The notes beneath the pieces were generated by a model. That model was not told the origin of the DNA, made no database searches, and saw only the letters and a list, made by a program, of their open reading frames with translations. 64,000 nt of DNA from assembly GCA_030603385.1 (NCBI GenBank), contig JAUVXW010000014.1:1-64000 (forward strand). The letters are read 5' to 3'. The translations under genes and the position numbers were made by a program. This DNA is from Promethearchaeota archaeon (GTDB taxonomy: Archaea > Asgardarchaeota > Lokiarchaeia > Sigyniarchaeales > SOKP01). This document shows, piece after piece, positions 58,330-64,000 of the stretch. Positions within the stretch are counted from its first letter, which is position 1; every line of letters begins with the position of its first letter.

Positions 58330-59118
58330 ATGGGAGGAGGATTAAATTCAACTAAAAAAGAGGATTTTGATAAATCTCTTGATTTAACAGAAGTAAAGCC
58401 ATATGGGGATACGATGAATGACGGAAAAACACAAGTGAGCTTTACTCTTCCTATAAACGATAGTGAAAAAGCAATTATAGCAGCTCAAGAATTAGCTAAG
58501 AAAATGGGTATAAAAGACCCAACTATAGTTTATCATATCCAATTAGATATAGGGTTTACATTTTTTATACTTTATGGTTCTTTAATTCATACTATTGATT
58601 TTACTAAAATTAAAGTAGAATCAATAGAAGTAGAAGCATTGTCAATAAAGAAGATTAATGCCTATATAAAAGAAAGCTTTAAGCGTAAAATTGTTGTTCT
58701 TGGTGCAACCACAGGCACAGATGCTCATACTGTAGGAATTGATGCGATAATGAATATGAAAGGATTTGCAGGTCACTATGGTCTTGAAAGCTACGAAATG
58801 ATTGAAGCTTATAATCTTGGCAGTCAGGTAACAAATGAAGAATTCGTGAAAAAGGCAATACAATTAAAGGCTGACATTTTGCTTGTTTCACAAACAGTTA
58901 CCCAAAAAGGGATTCATGTTAAAAATTTAACTAACTTGGTGGAACTCTTAGAGGCAGAAGGGATTAGAGATAAAATTATTTTGATTTGTGGAGGTGCACG
59001 AATTAGTAATGAATTAGCAAAAGAATTAGGATATGATGCGGGATTTGGACCAAATACTTATGCTAATATTGTTGCTACTTATGCAATTAAAGAGCTCTTT
59101 GGAAGGATGAATAGATAA
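58330..59118 (+). CDS. kamE: Lysine 5,6-aminomutase beta subunit (B12-binding)
   Basis: VKPYGDTMNDG, GTDAHTVGIDAIMNMKG (DxHxxG plus PLP Lys), LVSQTVTQ, GYDAGFG. Confidence 0.95.
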   Translation: MGGGLNSTKKEDFDKSLDLTEVKPYGDTMNDGKTQVSFTLPINDSEKAIIAAQELAKKMGIKDPTIVYHIQLDIGFTFFILYGSLIHTIDFTKIKVESIEVEALSIKKINAYIKESFKRKIVVLGATTGTDAHTVGIDAIMNMKGFAGHYGLESYEMIEAYNLGSQVTNEEFVKKAIQLKADILLVSQTVTQKGIHVKNLTNLVELLEAEGIRDKIILICGGARISNELAKELGYDAGFGPNTYANIVATYAIKELFGRMNR

Positions 59119-59136
59119 GAAATTAATAACTACACT

Positions 59137-59206
59137 AAAAAAAAAAAAAAGATTATTTATTGAGTAAATTTTAACTTTTAATCCTTTTATTTTTTTCTTT
59201 TTTTTT
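59137..59206. terminator. Opposed A14 and T-rich tracts between convergent kamE and transposase
   Basis: A14 at 59137-59150 and long T runs at ~59185-59206, consistent with archaeal oligo-T terminators on both strands. Confidence 0.45.
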
Positions 59207-59221
59207 ACTCGGTTTTTCGAG

Positions 59222-60616
59222 TTAGGATAATAATCCATAACGATTTTTAATTCGTCGGCGTAATACATCTTCGGAATTAAAGTAAATATATCCCGAGTTC
59301 TGTGCTTCATAAGGAAGCATTAGTTTAAAATTGGAATTCCTGGAAGACTCAAAAGAAGAAGGCTTCATGATTAAATTGGGGCGTCCTAATTTATACGCGG
59401 TCAGCGCTTTCAGCAGTGCTAAAATATAAAGAATTGATCGAAGCTTTATCGCCGCATCCATTCCCCGCGTATTCATCCGAAAGGCATTGTAAAACGTATT
59501 ATTGTAAGAATTTCCTTGTTCAATCATCGGTCGAAAGCTGTAGATCTTGAGAAAATACTCATCCGACCATCCTTTTGGGATATAGTCTATGTTGAAGAAA
59601 AATCCTTTTTTTAACTCTCTTACAGGATGGGTTTTCAGGTTTTTTCGCGCTCGAATAATTGGTATTAGCCCTTTAAACCGGATATTCTCCATGTTTTGCA
59701 GAGAATAGGGTTCCGAATCTGCGATGAGTACTTGCCATTCATATTCTGTTTGTGAAAAAAAATCTTCCATTGTTTCTTTAAACGCGAGGATATCGTTCCG
59801 ATTTCCGGCAAACATCTTGAAATGTATGGGAAACCAGCGATTAAAACAATGAGCATATAATATTCCTGGATCATATCCTACTCCCTTTTTTATGCCATTA
59901 TGTCGACAATATCCAGCATCAGGATCAGTATATGTTGAGTGTCCTTTCTTTTTATTATTGTTACAATTTGAACGTATGAATTGGCCATCCCAAATTAGGA
60001 TTCTTGGGATAATAATCCCACAATCAATGCATTCCTTTACCAATAGCTGAAAAAACTCAAAAAGCGCTTCAGACGGGATTCTGGTCATTACATAACTGAT
60101 ATCTTGTGCTTTTGGAAAGAATTTAGGGTTATGAGTAATGCTGAATAAGGGCGGATAAGAAAGAAATCTCCCCATTCTTTCAATTCCAGAGTAATTCTTA
60201 AAGCCCAAGTTAATCCGCAGCATTTCATATGCAAGTACATCTTCAATAAACATATCCTTAAATGAAACGCCGTCATCCTCAAGAACACCTTGTAAATCCT
60301 GGAAAAAGCTAAAATCGTTAAATTCAAATAGGTTTTCAAAGAATCCACCAAATCCTTTAAGATACCGATGCATATCCCATTCCATTTTAGAGATCACTCC
60401 CATTCCAAAATCTTCAAAACGAGGGATTTTCACGCGAGGGAACCGATATAAGTATTTATCCTTTAGTTTAGGCTCCCAATCTATGAAATCTTGAATCCTT
60501 TTCTGAGATTTAGATAATGTCCTCGTAGTAGATGGTGCTCGCTTCCCCCAAGTGGGATGTATTGGAATCCATCGAAATCTTTTTCGGGCAATTCTGTAAT
60601 CTTTTGGAACGTTCAT
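59222..60616 (-). mobile_element. DDE transposase (IS4/IS5-superfamily-like), apparently intact; element ends not defined
   Basis: IWDGQF...DPDAGY, F.GNRND, IADS, Y..R..IEQ.N catalytic pattern; visibly higher GC than flanks; likely start ATG 60616. Confidence 0.82.
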
Positions 60617-61033
60617 GTCGTACTGTTCAATAGATATTAACCCTATAAAATCTGTCAATTGTGTTTGGTAAATACTGGGCTTTATTTTGTATAAGATTAT
60701 TATCATGATGAGTCAATTTTATGATCTATAATAAAACATTAGATAATCGCCTATTTATTCTTTTTGGTTAATGTCTAAATCTACAATTGATCACTTATAA
60801 CTTTCATCCCTTAGATACTCTTCAATATGAATAGAATCTTAGAGAACTTAACCTTGGTGCTTTGATTTTACGCTCGCTTCTCTTGTAATGGAGGTTTCAA
60901 ATCGCACGACATAAATCTAATAGGTATAGAACTATTATAAAGGAAGTAATTAATACAAGAATAAGTAAAAAAAATAAAAAAATTAAAAGTTAAAATTTAC
61001 TCTATTATTATTTGATTATTTTTCTTCCACTTT

Positions 61034-63481
61034 CTAATAGTTAAAATATAAGACTGATTCTCGAACTTTCCATATATCCCAGAAATAGTATCGCATTGGT
61101 TTATACGTCCAAGTTTCATACAAAGCTAATTGATCGTAAGCATGAGGACTTGGAACTCCCATGTAGTTGACAAATCCACTTTGCCCGGGTGGAATTACGT
61201 TGACTGCATGTGGTGCGGGTTTCCACCATCGATTCCACCCTCTTCCTTTTATCATTTCTGCTATCTGGTTATAGGTACCACGATTCATACCATGCATAGT
61301 TGGAGCTGGTAAAGCACCTTGTGCGCTAAATGTTACTGTTTGAATCGGAGTAAGCCAAGTTGACATGTCTGGTCCGTATTTTGATTGTAAGTATATAATG
61401 GCTTCTTTAAGTACTCGATTTATAACTTCATATTTCTCTTCGCCATTTAAATAATCATAGTATAATGGCAATTTTGAATCTACACCATCAAATACGTGTA
61501 TTAATGTACTTGTTCCTGCTCCTGCACCAGAAGGAATGTCATCGTCAAAAACTTCATTATCTATATTACGATACCATCTTTCGAAGATTGTAAGTCCTGG
61601 ATCATCATATGTAGCTGTAGGATCAGGCCAACTTGGATTTAATACATCATTGTAATGAAGGTTCCATCCTTCCAAGTATGGTAAAGCTGCTTGAATGTCA
61701 GGATCCATAGATGTGCTCGCTGCTTCAATTAGATCATCAAGAAAACTCATTGCAGGAATGTGATTGTATCCCGCATCCATGTTTATTCTATTCATATCTT
61801 CAAAAGAGATTTTATCATCAGATGCCAGAAGATCTTGTATTCGTTTGACACGATGCCCTTCACCCCAATCTGCTTCTCCATATGGCCAATCTGCTATTGG
61901 TTTATTATTCCAATTAGCAAGAAATCCTTGTTTTGGATCGATGCACTTAGGCATTTCACTAAATCCTGTAAGACCAACCCATTCTTCTTCACCCGTTCCG
62001 TATAAAGGTAATCTGTCATCAATAGGTCGACCATCCCTTCCTGTTTCTGGTTTTATTGGAAATGTTCCAGCATGCCAAAATCCTACTCTTCCATGTCTAT
62101 CCGCCCATAAGAAGTTATGATTCGGTTGTATTGTTTTAACAGCTTTTTGAAAATCCCAGATATTTCTTGCTTGTTGAAAGAGAGACCAACCTTCTTCTGC
62201 GGCCATCTCATTCTTATAGTATGGTGCTTTTATTGTGAAAGCAAGATGGTTAACCTCGTCAATAAAGAGTATCGGACCATGTACCGTACGATAGATCTCT
62301 TCTTCTCTAGTAGGTTCAAAAGGGGAATAAAATGTTTCAGTTCTGACTTCCATATCTATAAATTCACCATTATACAAGTATTGAGTATGATCAGTTGGAT
62401 TTAGAGTTTCAATATAGGTATCCATTACATCTGAACCCCCAGTTGTAGATGTCCAAGCGCCGTCTTTACTAACACCAATTAATATTGAAGGTGATTGGGG
62501 CATCATCATACCCACAGCATCAATACCAGCACCATGCAATCCCATTTCTAGGACAATCTGAGGAATTGTTTGACCCATTTGAGGCCCTCCTAATTCCATT
62601 GCATTGCGTGTTGTCGTCTTTTTTGGATGAACAACCCATGCGTTACTTCCAAATTTGGTTGGAATCCCAAGAGATTCGAATAATTGAGTTTGTCCCATTT
62701 GTATTTGTTCATATTCATTATACAATGTTCCAAAATTTCCAGGTAATTCCATCATGGGATTAGATATTTTATTGTTAGAAAATTTGCCTCCAGTACCAGG
62801 AATTGTAACTTCAGCACCTGGATCTTGTTGAGGATAAAGATCATTAAACATCAACCATCCTTCCGTTTCTCCATGTGCCGCTTGCAATGCTTGCAATGCT
62901 GCAAAATATGAAAGTTCATTTCCACCAGTTCCGCCAAACCTCCAAGCCATCATAACCGTAACAACTACACTATCTTCGATAGAGAATGGTTCAAGCGGGA
63001 GTTCATATGCAAGATATTCTGCGGGAACAAGAGATGGATCTCCCCCCGCGAGGGCAGTTAAAGCTTCTGTAATATAGTAATTAATACCATCAATATATGC
63101 TAAATTCATTTCTTTTAACTTTGCTTTAGGGTTAATAGGTTCCCACTTATCAAAAATTTCTTTTAATTCTTCCCTACTATATCCTAATTTCCTTGTTTCA
63201 TAATCTTGATCAATAGTTGCCAAACCAAATTCCGCTAGATTTCCGAAAGCAGATCGTCTGTAGATATCTGCTTGCCATAATCTATCCTGAGCCATAGCGT
63301 ATCCTGCGCCAAAACCCAAACCCTCTTTAGTCTTTGCAAAAACATGCGGAACACCATAATCATCTCTAATAATTGTAATTCTTTTACGATTCCAGCCTTT
63401 ACATGCATAGACAGGAGATAATGGGATAAACAATAACAAGACCATTAATGACAGAGCAAGAACTGTTATTTTTTTTTTCAT
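61034..63481 (-). CDS. Penicillin acylase family Ntn-hydrolase precursor, secreted
   Basis: MKKKITVLALSLMVLLL signal peptide (ATG 63481), I.RDDYGVPHV, GYAMAQDRLWQ, GSNAWVV, RTVHGP, ANWNNKP. Confidence 0.92.
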   Translation of the reverse strand: MKKKITVLALSLMVLLLFIPLSPVYACKGWNRKRITIIRDDYGVPHVFAKTKEGLGFGAGYAMAQDRLWQADIYRRSAFGNLAEFGLATIDQDYETRKLGYSREELKEIFDKWEPINPKAKLKEMNLAYIDGINYYITEALTALAGGDPSLVPAEYLAYELPLEPFSIEDSVVVTVMMAWRFGGTGGNELSYFAALQALQAAHGETEGWLMFNDLYPQQDPGAEVTIPGTGGKFSNNKISNPMMELPGNFGTLYNEYEQIQMGQTQLFESLGIPTKFGSNAWVVHPKKTTTRNAMELGGPQMGQTIPQIVLEMGLHGAGIDAVGMMMPQSPSILIGVSKDGAWTSTTGGSDVMDTYIETLNPTDHTQYLYNGEFIDMEVRTETFYSPFEPTREEEIYRTVHGPILFIDEVNHLAFTIKAPYYKNEMAAEEGWSLFQQARNIWDFQKAVKTIQPNHNFLWADRHGRVGFWHAGTFPIKPETGRDGRPIDDRLPLYGTGEEEWVGLTGFSEMPKCIDPKQGFLANWNNKPIADWPYGEADWGEGHRVKRIQDLLASDDKISFEDMNRINMDAGYNHIPAMSFLDDLIEAASTSMDPDIQAALPYLEGWNLHYNDVLNPSWPDPTATYDDPGLTIFERWYRNIDNEVFDDDIPSGAGAGTSTLIHVFDGVDSKLPLYYDYLNGEEKYEVINRVLKEAIIYLQSKYGPDMSTWLTPIQTVTFSAQGALPAPTMHGMNRGTYNQIAEMIKGRGWNRWWKPAPHAVNVIPPGQSGFVNYMGVPSPHAYDQLALYETWTYKPMRYYFWDIWKVRESVLYFNY

Positions 63482-63755
63482 TTTTTTGAGATCACTTTTT
63501 TTTGGATATTCATTTTTATAAAATTTATGCAAGTAATATGTTTGACACTTTAATATATAAATCTTCTTTTTTCGAAATTAAAGTTTAAAATATAAGTAGA
63601 TTTAGACAATTTTATAATGATAACTTAGTAAATGACATACTTTTAAGAAAATTAAATAAACTTGCATAATCCCCAAATTAATTTGAAAAAAGTTTAATGA
63701 ATCTTTTCATTTCATTTTATAGTAATCTGTTAATATAAGATAAATTTGAATCATC

Positions 63756-64000
63756 ATGCCAAGTTCTAAAGAGTATATTGATTTAGATAATGAATATTGC
63801 GCTCATAATTACCATCCTATTCCTGTTGTGATATCAAGAGCAGAAGGGGTTTGGGTTTATGATCCAGAAGGAAAGAAGTATTTGGACTGTTTATCAGCAT
63901 ATTCAAGCCAGAATACGGGGCATTGTCATCCCGAAATTATCGCAGCTTTAAAAGAACAGGCAGATATTGTTACCCTAACTTCGCGGGCATTTCATAATGA
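63756..64000 (+). CDS. rocD: Ornithine aminotransferase, 5' part (runs off window)
   Basis: [59 protein letters not shown]...TLTSRAFHN. Confidence 0.9.
   Translation, partial: MPSSKEYIDLDNEYCAHNYHPIPVVISRAEGVWVYDPEGKKYLDCLSAYSSQNTGHCHPEIIAALKEQADIVTLTSRAFHN

Noticed and set aside
59222-60710. GATAATAATC shared in inverted orientation at both sides of the transposase as terminal inverted repeats
   Set aside because: Only ~10-12 AT-rich nucleotides, and one copy lies inside the coding end; not convincing.
60856-60908. Possible stem (GTGC..TTTGA / TCAAA.GCAC on the minus strand) as a riboswitch or ncRNA
   Set aside because: Only a weak closing stem, and no recognisable aptamer consensus.
1-64000. 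CRISPR arrays, tRNA or rRNA genes
   Set aside because: No regularly spaced repeats and no GC-rich structured RNA segments were seen.

Overview
AT-rich archaeal chromosome segment, very probably an Asgard archaeon (Lokiarchaeia-like). This assignment is inferred from two tandem Rab-like small GTPases, a profilin-fold protein and a eukaryote-type SECIS hairpin. Main content: (1) A redox island (11.1-20.6 kb, minus strand) encoding an HdrD/NfnB nested fusion, an AOR plus ferredoxin subunit, hdrA, vhuD/mvhD and an FdhB/FrhB-like subunit. The ORF track fragments hdrA and vhuD because they carry five in-frame UGA codons at conserved Cys positions (3 in HdrA, 2 in VhuD). Only one SECIS-like hairpin is visible, just after vhuD. 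(2) A lysine-fermentation cluster (48-59 kb): kat, family III CoA transferase, kce, methyltransferase, kdd, kamA, kamB-like, kamD, kamE. It uses the rare Kat transaminase branch instead of Kal. (3) Five small toxin-antitoxin-like cassettes. Two are bracketed by direct repeats of host sequence and three have a damaged toxin. (4) A free-standing endonuclease VII gene between inverted 9-mers, and a DDE transposase. (5) Many acyl-CoA, amino-acid and alcohol metabolism genes, a KDSR-like SDR, a RapA/SNF2 helicase and an unannotated 55-aa protein with 10 Cys. No rRNA, tRNA or CRISPR array was seen. All family assignments are by eye from motifs; no database search was run.
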